64,000 bases of DNA from a virus: positions 50,716 through 114,715 of the IMG/VR virus record IMGVR_UViG_3300028569_002801, one strand, 5' to 3'. Every line of letters starts with the position of its first letter. The first letter of the stretch is position 1. A program made the position numbers and the translations under genes. Below, piece by piece: positions 9,526 through 21,137 of the stretch. The notes beneath the pieces were generated by a model. It did not search any database and had not been told where the DNA came from. It was given only the letters and a program-made list of their open reading frames with translations.

Positions 9526-10433
9526 TAACTAATAATATTTGTAAAGTTTTTACTAAAATCTATATTGTTTCCTCTATCTTGTCTAACCTCATATAGTAAT
9601 TCATTAAAATTATCTCTAACCTCAAACAAGTTATATTGTTTATAGATATTACCGCCACTATCATATAACGTGTAAATACCGTCTTCAATACTTTTAGTTT
9701 GGTTACCATAAAGAGCAATCGCTATAGTATCTAAATCATAATCAGCCATTTGAATATCAATGGTGATTGGATTAAAAAACGTATTCGTAACTATGATGTT
9801 TTGGTTTGGTTGCCCAATAAATGGAGTCGCGTTTGGTTTATTGGTTGGTGACGACGATGGTGATAGCGTACAAAACACTAAATCACTTCCTCCATCAACA
9901 TATCTATATCTTATACTTTTTTGTGAGGAATTAACTTGTTCTGTAACAATAGGTTCACAAAAGAAAGAAGATGTAACGATTCTATAAAAATTAGGTATTT
10001 TTGTCCCGTCCTGATTTAAGTACTCAACTCTATACCCAACAAGTCCTTGGTTTGTAAATTTATTTCTAAATTGTGCAGGTACTTGGTTAATGTCTATTAT
10101 AATACCTTTAACGTTGGGTAATGCAGATAATACTCCACAATCACTGATTGTTGTTCTTATTTCTGCAGGACGTAAATAAACGGTATATATTCCTTTCTTA
10201 TTAAACTCTGAAGCCGGAAGTTTTAAACTATACAATCCACCTAAAATTTCAACATTAGCATTACCACCTGTATCGCCATTATGAAAATACGGTGTCAATA
10301 TACTTCTTGAGTTTAATTTCTTTAAAAGAAAGTTATCTGTAACATCTCTTGAGACGGTGTAATGTAAAATTATATCTACATCATCTGGTGACACGTCAGC
10401 CGGTCTAACTATTCCATAAGTTCCTAATGCCAT
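9525..10433 (-). CDS. hypothetical structural protein
   Basis: 302-aa ORF, TAATG-coupled to the next gene, TATTTATA upstream. Confidence 0.6.
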   Translation of the reverse strand: MALGTYGIVRPADVSPDDVDIILHYTVSRDVTDNFLLKKLNSRSILTPYFHNGDTGGNANVEILGGLYSLKLPASEFNKKGIYTVYLRPAEIRTTISDCGVLSALPNVKGIIIDINQVPAQFRNKFTNQGLVGYRVEYLNQDGTKIPNFYRIVTSSFFCEPIVTEQVNSSQKSIRYRYVDGGSDLVFCTLSPSSSPTNKPNATPFIGQPNQNIIVTNTFFNPITIDIQMADYDLDTIAIALYGNQTKSIEDGIYTLYDSGGNIYKQYNLFEVRDNFNELLYEVRQDRGNNIDFSKNFTNIIS

Positions 10434-10466
10434 TTTTTTATTTTATAAATAGTTTATATTGTTTTT

Positions 10467-11609
10467 TTATGTGGTTTTTATTCGATAATACCCATAACCG
10501 TATCTTACAAGATCACCAATATTATCAACCTCACCTAACCTTTGTAGTGGTTCAAATGCCGAATACTTACCCCTTTCTATATAAACATCCGTTTGTATTT
10601 CAGGTGACATAACAAAATCAAGTAAATACTCATTTTTAGTCATTGCCGATGCGATTATATCATTTGATGTTATACCACTACTATTAACAATATAAAAGGT
10701 TTTACCATTAACTAAATCGTAATAATTAACATTATTAATTGTATAGGCAGTATAATCAGGAGTCATTGAGTCAACTTGACCAAATACTTGATTGTTTTTA
10801 TTAAACACATAACCGACGGTGTATGGTGCTGGACCCCACCTTTTTAAATCTTGTATCCTTGATTTTGTGAATCCAGAAATTGGGAATGGTACTGTCGTGA
10901 AGTTACTTGATATTTGATATGGTATATTATTTTGTGCGTCCCCATCAAAAATGTAGTTATAAGATATTGGCGTATTAGCCCAATTACCTTGTTGTGGTAT
11001 AAATGTTATAGTTCCTTGTGGATTCGTAACTGATGCCAAAACTAAAGGTATTGTTATTGGTTTTTCTATTATGGTTACCCCCCACGGATTTGACCCCGAT
11101 AATGTTATTGTATAATCACCTGAACTTACATATGTATGATTTAAAAATGACGTTGTTAGTGGTTGTGATAAACCATCTCCCCAATCAACACTATATGTTG
11201 TGAAGTCTAAATAACTAACAGTAAAATCTCCAGAAGTGTTATATAATGTAACTTCATACGTATTAAATGGGTTTGCTCCTGAAAATAAAAAGTTGGTTAC
11301 TATATCTTTTTGTAATATTAATCCGTCAAATTCAGAATAAAACCCAATGTCGTTATATGTTTGTGTAAACATGATAGGTATCGTTAATCCTGTTAATACC
11401 GAATCTCCGTTTGTCCCCCCACTTAAAATGTCAGACATTCCAGAGTAAATATATATTTGATCCGTTCTAAAAATTTGATTAGGTACCGCAAGATCTAGAC
11501 ACGGTTGTTCCTCATAACTATACCCCGTATCTGCGGTATAAATAAACCCGTATATGTCTAAAGCTAAGGTTTCGGGTGATATTAAAATACTAAATTTTTC
11601 TGATTCCAT
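10467..11609 (-). CDS. PKD-domain structural protein
   Basis: YSVDWGDG...NHTYVSSGDYTITLSGSN is the PKD signature. Confidence 0.7.
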   Translation of the reverse strand: MESEKFSILISPETLALDIYGFIYTADTGYSYEEQPCLDLAVPNQIFRTDQIYIYSGMSDILSGGTNGDSVLTGLTIPIMFTQTYNDIGFYSEFDGLILQKDIVTNFLFSGANPFNTYEVTLYNTSGDFTVSYLDFTTYSVDWGDGLSQPLTTSFLNHTYVSSGDYTITLSGSNPWGVTIIEKPITIPLVLASVTNPQGTITFIPQQGNWANTPISYNYIFDGDAQNNIPYQISSNFTTVPFPISGFTKSRIQDLKRWGPAPYTVGYVFNKNNQVFGQVDSMTPDYTAYTINNVNYYDLVNGKTFYIVNSSGITSNDIIASAMTKNEYLLDFVMSPEIQTDVYIERGKYSAFEPLQRLGEVDNIGDLVRYGYGYYRIKTT

Positions 11610-12454
11610 TATGGGTTAACGTATTCATACCAGATTATAGCTTCAGAGGCTAAAGGACCAACACCAACTCTTGTTAATGCTGGAGTTTCTTTATATATTT
11701 TATATTCATATGTTGAATAATCTATATCTACTTTATAGTAAAAGTACTGTGATTTATCAAAGTTGTACACCGTAGGTCCAACTAATGACGATTGTGGTGT
11801 GTTCATCATTCTTACAAATTGTCCTTTTTTTGCATTAAAGAATTTAGCACTCATATAAAATGTGGTGTTTGTTAAATATGATGGGTTTTTCAACCAATAA
11901 TAAAAAAACCCCTCTTTATCTGCACCAACATAATCAAGTAAAAATTTTGGTTTTTTAACGTCTACCTGTGTAGGATTTAAAATTGGACCAATGAAACCAG
12001 GTTCTTTTAATCCTTGTTGTGTTGGTAGTACCACTGAAAAAAGTATCTTTTGATTTTCAGGTACTTTAGTGTCGTAAAAATCCAATTTAAAAAAACTACC
12101 TTTAAATGAATTTGCAAAATAATATATCTCACTGTCAGTAAAAGTCGCATACTGATAATCATCTAACCAATTAGTGATTGATGGTGGGTTATTCATAAAG
12201 TCTGTTGTTGTTGCTGGATCAAAAAAGTTAAATTGGTAGTATATCTCTGTTTTATCTTGATTTAAATCCCACGGCGCGTGAGCAAATTTTGTAGTTTCAA
12301 AATCATCAATACCGTTTATCGCCTTTTTAACAACTTCGGATTCATATTCCTCAACACCCATTTCCCTACCTTCGGTATCAAAAGATAATTCAATAGGTAT
12401 AATAACATCTCTATCATTAACATTAAGATTAAATCTATAGTAATTATTATTCAC
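11609..12454 (-). CDS. hypothetical structural protein
   Basis: 281 aa, translationally coupled within the baseplate operon. Confidence 0.55.
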   Translation of the reverse strand: MNNNYYRFNLNVNDRDVIIPIELSFDTEGREMGVEEYESEVVKKAINGIDDFETTKFAHAPWDLNQDKTEIYYQFNFFDPATTTDFMNNPPSITNWLDDYQYATFTDSEIYYFANSFKGSFFKLDFYDTKVPENQKILFSVVLPTQQGLKEPGFIGPILNPTQVDVKKPKFLLDYVGADKEGFFYYWLKNPSYLTNTTFYMSAKFFNAKKGQFVRMMNTPQSSLVGPTVYNFDKSQYFYYKVDIDYSTYEYKIYKETPALTRVGVGPLASEAIIWYEYVNP

Positions 12455-14198
12455 AGTCGTCGTTAATTGGATCGTTTATCAATGATGTTGTCACCATATT
12501 ATTTCTCTTAATAGGTTTTTGTAAAAACAATATGTTTTTAAATGGATAATGGGCACCGTTTATAAATGGGTTATCAATACCAATTCCGTCACCATCTATG
12601 TATCCATATGTATATATATCCCTCCATATGAAAGTCTCTTCGTATTGTGAATACCAAGCATAGTTAGGGATATTATCTACCTCACCTTTTTTACCATATT
12701 CTAAATAGTCACTAAATACCCGTATAGGTACTTCGTAGTGTGGTTCATATGCGTAACCACTCGGTAAATTTAATGGTGAATTATCTAAAAAATTAATAGG
12801 GTTAAATGAATATTTGTGATATAATGATGATATAACATATTCTTTTTGTTCCATATAATTATACTCACAAAAATCACCTTTAATAACGTCACCAACATTT
12901 AATAAGTTGTTATAATAAAAATATTGACCACTACCAACGGGGTATTCGTATGAGGATGATGTTATATTATCTTTATTTATAGATGATCCGTGATCCCACC
13001 AGTTATCTACATTATTTCTTTGGAAGTTAAATCCCCAACCAATATCCAACCCAACAACATTACCGTTTTGGTTTATCGATGGTGGGTTAAACCAACCCAT
13101 GTATCCTCTTTGTATTATACTAACAAATAAATCCATTACGGGTTTACCGTTATTATCTTTTAATTGGTTTATTTCAATATCTTTATCAAAACTATAACTA
13201 AAGGTTTTTGATCCATCTTTAACGGATACCCTTTGTAGTTGGTTTGGTGTAAGTGCTGAATATTCCAATTTTGATTTAACAGGAAATGGATTTGTTTCAA
13301 ACCCCGCCTGTAATAAATTAACGTCTTCAGCGTTTGTTAATATTTTATGTAGTCTAACATAGTATATAGATTTAGTTTCTCCACTATTTTGTATATTACT
13401 TATTCTTTTAAAATTACCATATGTTCCTGTTGTTGTTTGAGCCACAGGGAATTTTAAATCATATATACTAAAGACATTTTCTTCTGTACCGTAAGTCCCA
13501 TCACCAACACCATATACTTCAAATGTGTTTTTACCCCCCAAACCTAATGGGTTTGTTGGTATTGATAACTCAACGTTTTCTCCGGGTTTTAAATTGTGTT
13601 TAGTTCCACAATAAAAATAAACTAAAGATTTACCATTAAATGATGAGGTATCAATAACAAATGGTATCCCATCGGACGCAATAAAATTATTAGTAACGTT
13701 AAATTGTTCACTCGTATACGCCATTGCATGTTGGGTGTCACTACTAAACCCATATGATAAATAAATCGACCAATTATATGTTGTTGAACTTTTTGCAACA
13801 AACGGGATGTGTCCGATAATTCCTTGTTTTCTAATGAACGTAAACTCTTCAAATTGTGGATAACCTTCCCACAACACTGATGGGTTAGGTGGTGTATTAG
13901 CAGTAGCATTTGCAATAGCGTTAGTGTAGTATAACGTATTTCTATATGGTGTGTAAGATGTTTTTCCACTAACCGTATTGTTAAAAACATTTACAATTTT
14001 ACCTGAAACTCTAATTGTTCCACTTTCTTGTCTTTCTTTATTGAATAACTCCTCTTGGTTAACAGTAATCGATCTGTCACCTTCAACCATTGTCCTTCTA
14101 TCACCAATTAATGGTGGTTGTATCCATACATCTTTATCCGTACTTGCTGCGTATCGTTTTGAACCTAAGACAATTAATATTTCGTTTTCATTAGACAT
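12447..14198 (-). CDS. hypothetical structural protein
   Basis: 583 aa, overlaps both neighbours in the baseplate operon. Confidence 0.55.
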   Translation of the reverse strand: MSNENEILIVLGSKRYAASTDKDVWIQPPLIGDRRTMVEGDRSITVNQEELFNKERQESGTIRVSGKIVNVFNNTVSGKTSYTPYRNTLYYTNAIANATANTPPNPSVLWEGYPQFEEFTFIRKQGIIGHIPFVAKSSTTYNWSIYLSYGFSSDTQHAMAYTSEQFNVTNNFIASDGIPFVIDTSSFNGKSLVYFYCGTKHNLKPGENVELSIPTNPLGLGGKNTFEVYGVGDGTYGTEENVFSIYDLKFPVAQTTTGTYGNFKRISNIQNSGETKSIYYVRLHKILTNAEDVNLLQAGFETNPFPVKSKLEYSALTPNQLQRVSVKDGSKTFSYSFDKDIEINQLKDNNGKPVMDLFVSIIQRGYMGWFNPPSINQNGNVVGLDIGWGFNFQRNNVDNWWDHGSSINKDNITSSSYEYPVGSGQYFYYNNLLNVGDVIKGDFCEYNYMEQKEYVISSLYHKYSFNPINFLDNSPLNLPSGYAYEPHYEVPIRVFSDYLEYGKKGEVDNIPNYAWYSQYEETFIWRDIYTYGYIDGDGIGIDNPFINGAHYPFKNILFLQKPIKRNNMVTTSLINDPINDDCE

Positions 14199-17100
14199 CT
14201 TGATTTAAAATGTATTTTGTTATATATCTGTTTATTGAGCTTTTACCTTTACCTAAACCAAAATAAAAATGGTATGGTGAACCAACCAAGAAAGGATTTT
14301 GTTGTCCTGCCGGCATAGTTTCATCTGTCGAACCACCCGGTGTTGAGTTATATATATAACCTCTTCTACCTGTGTTTAAATTATTAAAGTATTGTGAAAA
14401 TGGTGACTGATAAAAACTTAAGTCTTGGTATTTTTGAGAGTAGAATCCTCCACTACCTAATAAGTTTGTCTCCCAATCATTTAAATCGCTACCAAATATT
14501 GTATTTACAGATCCTTGGTTCAATTTCCATTGATAAAATGGTACTTCTTGAGTTTTAGGGTAACCAAAATAATTTGTAAGTGTTGGAGTAAATGTTGTTA
14601 TTCCTGGTGACACGACTATTCTATTTTCAGTGTTTGAGGTAAAGAATACTCCAATCGTTGCGTCTCCTGCGGTGGCAATATATATATCACCAACACCATC
14701 ATATGTGTCTTCATCAAACCCTTCAACGCCATACTCTGAATTAATACTAAATAATTGTACAATGTCTCCGTCCAGTCTATCTTCACTTCTTGAAAACATT
14801 CTATTAATTGATGCATCCCCAAAATTAAATATCTGTTGTAAAAAACTAGTATTAATAAGTCTTGATACAATAAATAACTGTAATAAATCTGACGTATCGT
14901 TATAGGATGTTGATTTAATTGTGTCAACAATATACCCCTCAAAGTCAGGGTTAGTACAAATTTCTTTAGTAAATTCATCTCTTGCACCTAAATCCATAAT
15001 AGTTGTTGGGAAAAATATATTCCTTTCGTTAGCCCCACCAAAATCAACAGGTAGAAGTGTTGGGTTTGAGTATGTCCCTTGTTTTGGTATTTGTCCAACA
15101 AAATTATTTGAGTCGTATGGTGTTGATCTATAGAAAAATGAGTTTGTTGTATTTTCTGTATAAAAAATTGGTCCTTGTCCAGGTCTAATGGTACTATCAT
15201 ACGTACCACAAAACTTATATTTTTTTGGTTGTCCGACAATGTTAAAAATTGTTTGTTTTTTAAATGAGAACATATATAAAGTACCATTAACCCAATTGTT
15301 TTGGAAAACGTGTGCGAAGATTCCTCTACATGCACCAAACATCATTCTAAATCTAAGTTTCCATTCGGTAAAGTTTTCAAAGTCTTTTTTAATGTTTACC
15401 ACATATGGTTTTTGAATAAATTGATAACATCCTGATTTAATCCTTACCGGGTCTTCATTATCATCACAAGGAGTTTCTATACCAAAACTATTTGTTGCCG
15501 CATCAATTGTATAACATTTTAATGGAACCATACCTGCACAATCAAAAGAACTTAAAACACTGCTCGCCGCGTTAGGTACGTCAGGACCAAAGTCTTGTGA
15601 ATTGTTTGATGAGTCTGTTGATCCAACACCAACAATTAAAGTTTCGGCATTTTCTGATAAAATATATGATGTAAAATTATCATTTTGATGTAATGAGAAA
15701 CTATTTAAACCATCGTTTTGATTAACATCAGAAGTTGGTAATCTGTCAGATCTTAAAACTAACTTGGGGTTTGCCCCCGAAGGTATTGTTACTGAAAGAG
15801 CCCCTGACGTTGTTGTATATGCGGGAGAATATATCCTACCATTATAACTTGATAATGGGTTAAAATCGTTATTTGGATTTTGTGTTGTTGCCATATAGGA
15901 TCCACCTTCTGTATTACCTTGTAAAATACCTGTAGTGTTATAGTATTTTATAGTGTTAATACCATTTTCAGAAACCGCAACTGTTGAGTAATACGTTCCT
16001 AATCCATTACCTGAACCAGGATTCCATCCACCACCTAATGATTTATCCAATGAAGAATAATATCTAATAGATGTTGATGTTACGGAACTAAACTGAGTTC
16101 CGCTTAATTGAAAGTTAAACGGTTGATGGTATATACTAGATGTTGCGTATGGTGTTGTATGTGCTTCTGGTGATCTATTGTTATTATACCAAGCACCTGA
16201 ACCTGAGTTTGGTTGTATTGGTACATTTAAATTAAATTGTCCTCTAACATTAACAGTGTTTGAACCTAATGGATACCCAAAAATTTTAGATAAGTCATAA
16301 TTAATATCCTGTTTTTCTGAATAGGTATCAACCCCTCTAACCAATATTAAAACATTCATATCTTTCCAACCATCACCATTAAGTGTTAATGGGTTAATTC
16401 GTTCGGTAAACGTTGATGTATTTCCATTCCTATATCTTATAAGTTGTAATTTATTTAAAACATATTTTCTTATCAATGATGATGTGTCATATTGTGTTGC
16501 CGTATTTGGGTTATTATTAATATTTATTCCACTCGCTAAAATGTCCGCATTATATGCTGTCATACCTGTAATCACTTGGTAATACTCTAACCCTGTTTTA
16601 AACTTATATTCTTTTTCTGATGAGGTTCCAGATACTTGTATATTAATCGTTACTGAATTACCAATTTGGTTTACGTATGTTAATGGTGTATTTGTAACGG
16701 CAGTATATGATGTTCCCGTTATTGTGTTAGAACCGAATTGGTTTGTTACTCCACTGACAATATTAATATCATTAATATTATTAGGGTTAGTAAATGTTAC
16801 TAACGTACCTGACGGATATGTGCCTAATGTAGATTGATCACAAAGTAACACTATAATGTTATCAGTAAATGGTGTTCCATTATTTACCGTTGTAGTAATA
16901 ACATTAGGTGCCGTTGTGTCAAAATATCTACTTCTTATATTTGCCAAATTTAAAGATTGTGAATACGTAATATCCTCTTGACTATAGTATTTTTCATTTG
17001 TCTCTGTAAAATCTTTCGTTATTGGCATCCCAATTTCAGGAGATGTTGGGAACCCCGCAATACCATATCTAATACCATAACTATCTGCTTGATATTTTTG

Positions 17101-19224
17101 GTTTTTCTTAGTGTCACTTCCTGAATATTGATCCGGACTTAACTCACAAAAATACGTTGGTCCAGGGGTTGGTGACGTGTACGCACCTTGTGTGATTTGA
17201 TCGTCATTAGAATCAAAGTTACAAATATTAACGTTTGGTACCCCACCCCAAAAGTCGTTAGAGTTAACATTCGCCAAAAACGAATTATTACCTCTTGTAT
17301 TGACAGTATACTTACCTATCTTTGTTTCAGCGTTTGCGCTACCTCCCAAAGGCGAATCGGTTATCTCTTCCAATTCCAAGTCAGGCGAGTCACAAGAACA
17401 CGCCTCACAGTCAGGATATGACATCATTGGGAGATTAATCCCTTTAAAGTTAAACTTAGTTAACATTGGTGATACTTTAGCTGCGAATAGAATTGCTGCA
17501 GCTATAAAGACAACTGCCGCTAAACTATAAAGAACAATTAACCCAATTGCGGGATAGGCAACAATTGCCGCTGCAATGTATTGGTACGCCAAATACAACA
17601 AATATACAGGGAAAAATATAGCAATAACCCATTTTAATATCGGCCAAACAAGAGCTAATACATGTAAGACAGGTATAAGTGCGTATAATATAGGACTAAA
17701 AATAGTCACAACTAAATTAAATAAGAAAAAGATAAAATCAAAATTTCTTACACCATCGTTAACGGGAAATCTATTTGTTGTTGTTGTACAAGTCCTATCC
17801 GTAATTTCTTTTATTCCTAAATGTCTACTTCTATTATATCCCCATTTCCACCTATCAATAAAATTTGCAATAGTATAAACTTTATTAAAATGAAATTCAT
17901 AAAATCTATCCTCACAATTTATTGCTTCTTGAATCATTTGTAAGCCGATTGTTGTTCCCGTATCTCCATAGTCGTTCCAATCTAAACTAAACCCATATGA
18001 AAATAATTGGGCGTTTAAATCTGTTGGTTGGCTTGTGTTACCTGCCGACCATCCCCACTCTTTAATATTAGGAACTAAATAATCTGCCCTTAGTATGTTA
18101 TTTTCTAACCCATCTTCATTCTGATATTGGATTCTAAATCTATATTTTGCCTTTGTTGGAATACCTACTGTCGGGTCGTTTGAAAGTATTTGTTCCCCAA
18201 ATTCGTTTGTTGTTACGTAATCCAAATTCATAGGTACCTCAGTTAACCATGTCCCTTCGTCATCAATTATTTTACCTCCTTCAGGTAAACTATATTGTTC
18301 CAATATTGGTCTACCATTGGTATCATAATCTATTGTTTGTCTTACTGCTAAAATTGTTCCTGACGATGAAACTAAATCACAAAGATTACCTGAATCTTTT
18401 TTAGGTTTACAATTAGTTTTTAAGAAGTCTTCTTCTGCGGTTGAGAATATTGACCCCATAAATATGGAGTGAGGTTTAACTTCAATACCAATATCTCTTA
18501 AATCAAAATCTACTCTTGTAATACCAACATCACATAACTCCTCTTCTCCCCAAAAAGATGTCACGTCAGCATCTATTTTTATGTTTACTATCTGTGGTAA
18601 TGATGCTAAGTCTGTTGACGACTTGAATTGATCTCCGTTAAATTGTTCAGGACCAGCCATACCCATTCTAATTAAATCGGCAGGGCGTAAAGAGAAACAA
18701 CCAATATTAGATAAGTCTAAATCTAAAACTACAGTTTGTATTCCTAACGGAACACCAATAATCATAAAGTCACCACTTTCGTTTGTTTTAACGGTGAACT
18801 TATAATACTTGTCATAAACCTCAAGTACTTCTTTTCTTGTTAATACGTCTTCTCTATCGGGAAATGTACCTGTTGGTGTATGTCCACCATATTCTTGTCT
18901 ATATGGTAATAGATTATATCTATATCCATCATCATTTTTAATATCTAAAGTTTTATAGGGATATAATGTTGATATTACAACATCATCTTCGTCTTCAGGA
19001 TCTAACGGTACAAACACCGAAACTGTTGCGTTTGGTATTCCGTATCCACCATTAACTATTACTCTTCCAGCAATAACCCCATAGTCGGCACAAAAACGTG
19101 TATACACATCGTCTTGTCTTAATTTTAATGATAATATTTCTAAAAAATCAAAATCTTGATTAACATTAATTCTTATGTTTTTGTCAACACCAGGTTGAGT
19201 TCTTATTCTATAACTTTTAGTCAT
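14191..19224 (-). CDS. large baseplate-associated protein with an N-terminal beta-sandwich and an internal multi-pass hydrophobic segment
   Basis: 1677 aa. GRVIVNGGYGIPNATVSVF...VKTNESGDFMIIGVPLG resembles a carboxypeptidase-regulatory/transthyretin-like fold. Residues ~495-582 are almost entirely hydrophobic. Confidence 0.65.
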   Translation of the reverse strand: MTKSYRIRTQPGVDKNIRINVNQDFDFLEILSLKLRQDDVYTRFCADYGVIAGRVIVNGGYGIPNATVSVFVPLDPEDEDDVVISTLYPYKTLDIKNDDGYRYNLLPYRQEYGGHTPTGTFPDREDVLTRKEVLEVYDKYYKFTVKTNESGDFMIIGVPLGIQTVVLDLDLSNIGCFSLRPADLIRMGMAGPEQFNGDQFKSSTDLASLPQIVNIKIDADVTSFWGEEELCDVGITRVDFDLRDIGIEVKPHSIFMGSIFSTAEEDFLKTNCKPKKDSGNLCDLVSSSGTILAVRQTIDYDTNGRPILEQYSLPEGGKIIDDEGTWLTEVPMNLDYVTTNEFGEQILSNDPTVGIPTKAKYRFRIQYQNEDGLENNILRADYLVPNIKEWGWSAGNTSQPTDLNAQLFSYGFSLDWNDYGDTGTTIGLQMIQEAINCEDRFYEFHFNKVYTIANFIDRWKWGYNRSRHLGIKEITDRTCTTTTNRFPVNDGVRNFDFIFFLFNLVVTIFSPILYALIPVLHVLALVWPILKWVIAIFFPVYLLYLAYQYIAAAIVAYPAIGLIVLYSLAAVVFIAAAILFAAKVSPMLTKFNFKGINLPMMSYPDCEACSCDSPDLELEEITDSPLGGSANAETKIGKYTVNTRGNNSFLANVNSNDFWGGVPNVNICNFDSNDDQITQGAYTSPTPGPTYFCELSPDQYSGSDTKKNQKYQADSYGIRYGIAGFPTSPEIGMPITKDFTETNEKYYSQEDITYSQSLNLANIRSRYFDTTAPNVITTTVNNGTPFTDNIIVLLCDQSTLGTYPSGTLVTFTNPNNINDINIVSGVTNQFGSNTITGTSYTAVTNTPLTYVNQIGNSVTINIQVSGTSSEKEYKFKTGLEYYQVITGMTAYNADILASGININNNPNTATQYDTSSLIRKYVLNKLQLIRYRNGNTSTFTERINPLTLNGDGWKDMNVLILVRGVDTYSEKQDINYDLSKIFGYPLGSNTVNVRGQFNLNVPIQPNSGSGAWYNNNRSPEAHTTPYATSSIYHQPFNFQLSGTQFSSVTSTSIRYYSSLDKSLGGGWNPGSGNGLGTYYSTVAVSENGINTIKYYNTTGILQGNTEGGSYMATTQNPNNDFNPLSSYNGRIYSPAYTTTSGALSVTIPSGANPKLVLRSDRLPTSDVNQNDGLNSFSLHQNDNFTSYILSENAETLIVGVGSTDSSNNSQDFGPDVPNAASSVLSSFDCAGMVPLKCYTIDAATNSFGIETPCDDNEDPVRIKSGCYQFIQKPYVVNIKKDFENFTEWKLRFRMMFGACRGIFAHVFQNNWVNGTLYMFSFKKQTIFNIVGQPKKYKFCGTYDSTIRPGQGPIFYTENTTNSFFYRSTPYDSNNFVGQIPKQGTYSNPTLLPVDFGGANERNIFFPTTIMDLGARDEFTKEICTNPDFEGYIVDTIKSTSYNDTSDLLQLFIVSRLINTSFLQQIFNFGDASINRMFSRSEDRLDGDIVQLFSINSEYGVEGFDEDTYDGVGDIYIATAGDATIGVFFTSNTENRIVVSPGITTFTPTLTNYFGYPKTQEVPFYQWKLNQGSVNTIFGSDLNDWETNLLGSGGFYSQKYQDLSFYQSPFSQYFNNLNTGRRGYIYNSTPGGSTDETMPAGQQNPFLVGSPYHFYFGLGKGKSSINRYITKYILNQDV

Positions 19225-19296
19225 CAGTCTTTTAAAAATAAATAGTTATGTTCTTACTTTTAAAAAGTAAGGGTTATAGAAATAAAATAAAGAATC

Positions 19297-21135
19297 TTAT
19301 GAAAAGTCTACGGTTTTTAGACTCTTAACTCTCACTTTAATGTCCTTGTTATTAAATCTAACTTGGTACACTTGATCGGGTTCTGCAAATATTGTATCGT
19401 CAATTAATGCAATTTCTCTTGTTGTTTTATCAAGATATTTTTGAGAAGTTTCAGATGAAGAGTATTGCCCACCAACTTTATTATAAACCTTTAAGTCTGA
19501 TAGTGTTGATACCCCTGCAACATTTTGTATTAACCTTCTTACATCTGAAACGTTTACATTTTGTCCCAATTCTCTATTTCCTGGCTCCATATAGTTGGAG
19601 ACGGAATTGATAATCTCAGTAATCACTTGTCCTTGGTTTCTATCTGATTCCATCACCACATAAATATCAAATTCAAGATCAATAACTTTAGCAACGTCTA
19701 TAGAGATATAATCATTAATCATTCTATATTTTGATAGGTATGTCGCTAAATTGGATTTTAAATTATTAGATACGACTTGTGTTAATTTACCGTCAGTATC
19801 ATAAGATAATATTTGGATTTTAATTTTATTGTTATTTTCAGTTATTGAAACCTTTGCTGGTGCTCCGTATTTACCAGGCATTGTGTCAATAATAGATTTG
19901 TAGTCATTTACTGTTACCGCCCTTTTTTGTGCGGCAAAATTAAATGTAACCATATTTCTAACTTCTTCGGTTGTTGGTGGATTTGCTCCACCTATTGCTG
20001 CAGTTACATTATTAATTGCTAATGATTGTAATACATTAGTGTTAACGATATCAGAAGGTCCCGTTAATGCAAAATCTATTGTCCCCACTTGATTTATAAC
20101 ACTGACACCTACATTAGTCGCCAATCCACCACCAATTCTATATTGTACAAATATAGTTGTACTTGGTTGTACTGTTAAACCTAATCCTATATTATTTTGA
20201 TAATTTGCTAAATCTAATTTAATACCGTTTCTTGCAAAATCAGCAAGTTGTTGATTTGGTGTCGTTGTTCCTCCACCAAATTGTACTTTCATAAACCCTT
20301 CAGGTGTATACTCAGTAATGAATCTATTTTCTGTTTTAATATACTTACCAACCTTTACCCCGGCTTTGTCCGTTGGTTTTGTTATATCTTCAATAAATAC
20401 AGTATCTTCGGCTAGAGCGTCGACTTCATACCATCTATTCTGAGAACTTAAAAAATCCCCGTATGTTGGTATGTTAGGATAACTTGTCCCGTCTTTTTGT
20501 ATAATTGATGTTACCCCTAAAACGTTTCTTTCAGGTAAAAAAAAATTAAAAAATGGAACAACGTCAGCTGGATTAATAACTCTTTTAAATACTTTTGTAG
20601 TTCCATTAACTACTACCTCTCTTTTTGTAATAACGTAATTTATAATTTTATTATTAGCGTCAAAAGTTGGTCTTTTTGTTCTGTTTACAAATCCTTCATT
20701 ATTATATTGTGTTGAGAAGTCAATGTCGTAAACTGTTTCAAATGTTGTCCCCGCACCATTAAATTGTGATCCAGCACGTAAGATACCTAAATATCTATAA
20801 TCCTCACTATCACCAAGTGGTGGTACAGTAATAGAAACATCAACCACAGCGACTGAAGGACGATAACCCGGTATTTTTAAACCATAAGTTCTTGCTATGT
20901 TATATATAGAAGATCTTTGTTGTGCATATTGTAAAACCGTTTCTTGTATACTTCTGTCTATATGGAAATGTAAGTTATCGGCAACTGCCGCATTTAAATC
21001 CATTAATACTGAAAACACAGAAGCGTCGTTAAAATTTTGTACTAACTCAGGATAATACTGTTTTGTATAATTTATTAAATCCTGTCTTAGACCCTGAAAG
21101 TCCCTATTAGTATAATTAATTTTTTGATTAGCCAT
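19297..21135 (-). CDS. baseplate wedge subunit (T4 gp6 / baseplate J-like)
   Basis: NYTNRDFQGLRQDLI, AQQRSSIYNIARTYG, AIGGANP and QKRAVTVNDY are gp6-family motifs. Confidence 0.85.
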   Translation of the reverse strand: MANQKINYTNRDFQGLRQDLINYTKQYYPELVQNFNDASVFSVLMDLNAAVADNLHFHIDRSIQETVLQYAQQRSSIYNIARTYGLKIPGYRPSVAVVDVSITVPPLGDSEDYRYLGILRAGSQFNGAGTTFETVYDIDFSTQYNNEGFVNRTKRPTFDANNKIINYVITKREVVVNGTTKVFKRVINPADVVPFFNFFLPERNVLGVTSIIQKDGTSYPNIPTYGDFLSSQNRWYEVDALAEDTVFIEDITKPTDKAGVKVGKYIKTENRFITEYTPEGFMKVQFGGGTTTPNQQLADFARNGIKLDLANYQNNIGLGLTVQPSTTIFVQYRIGGGLATNVGVSVINQVGTIDFALTGPSDIVNTNVLQSLAINNVTAAIGGANPPTTEEVRNMVTFNFAAQKRAVTVNDYKSIIDTMPGKYGAPAKVSITENNNKIKIQILSYDTDGKLTQVVSNNLKSNLATYLSKYRMINDYISIDVAKVIDLEFDIYVVMESDRNQGQVITEIINSVSNYMEPGNRELGQNVNVSDVRRLIQNVAGVSTLSDLKVYNKVGGQYSSSETSQKYLDKTTREIALIDDTIFAEPDQVYQVRFNNKDIKVRVKSLKTVDFS

Positions 21136-21137
21136 AT

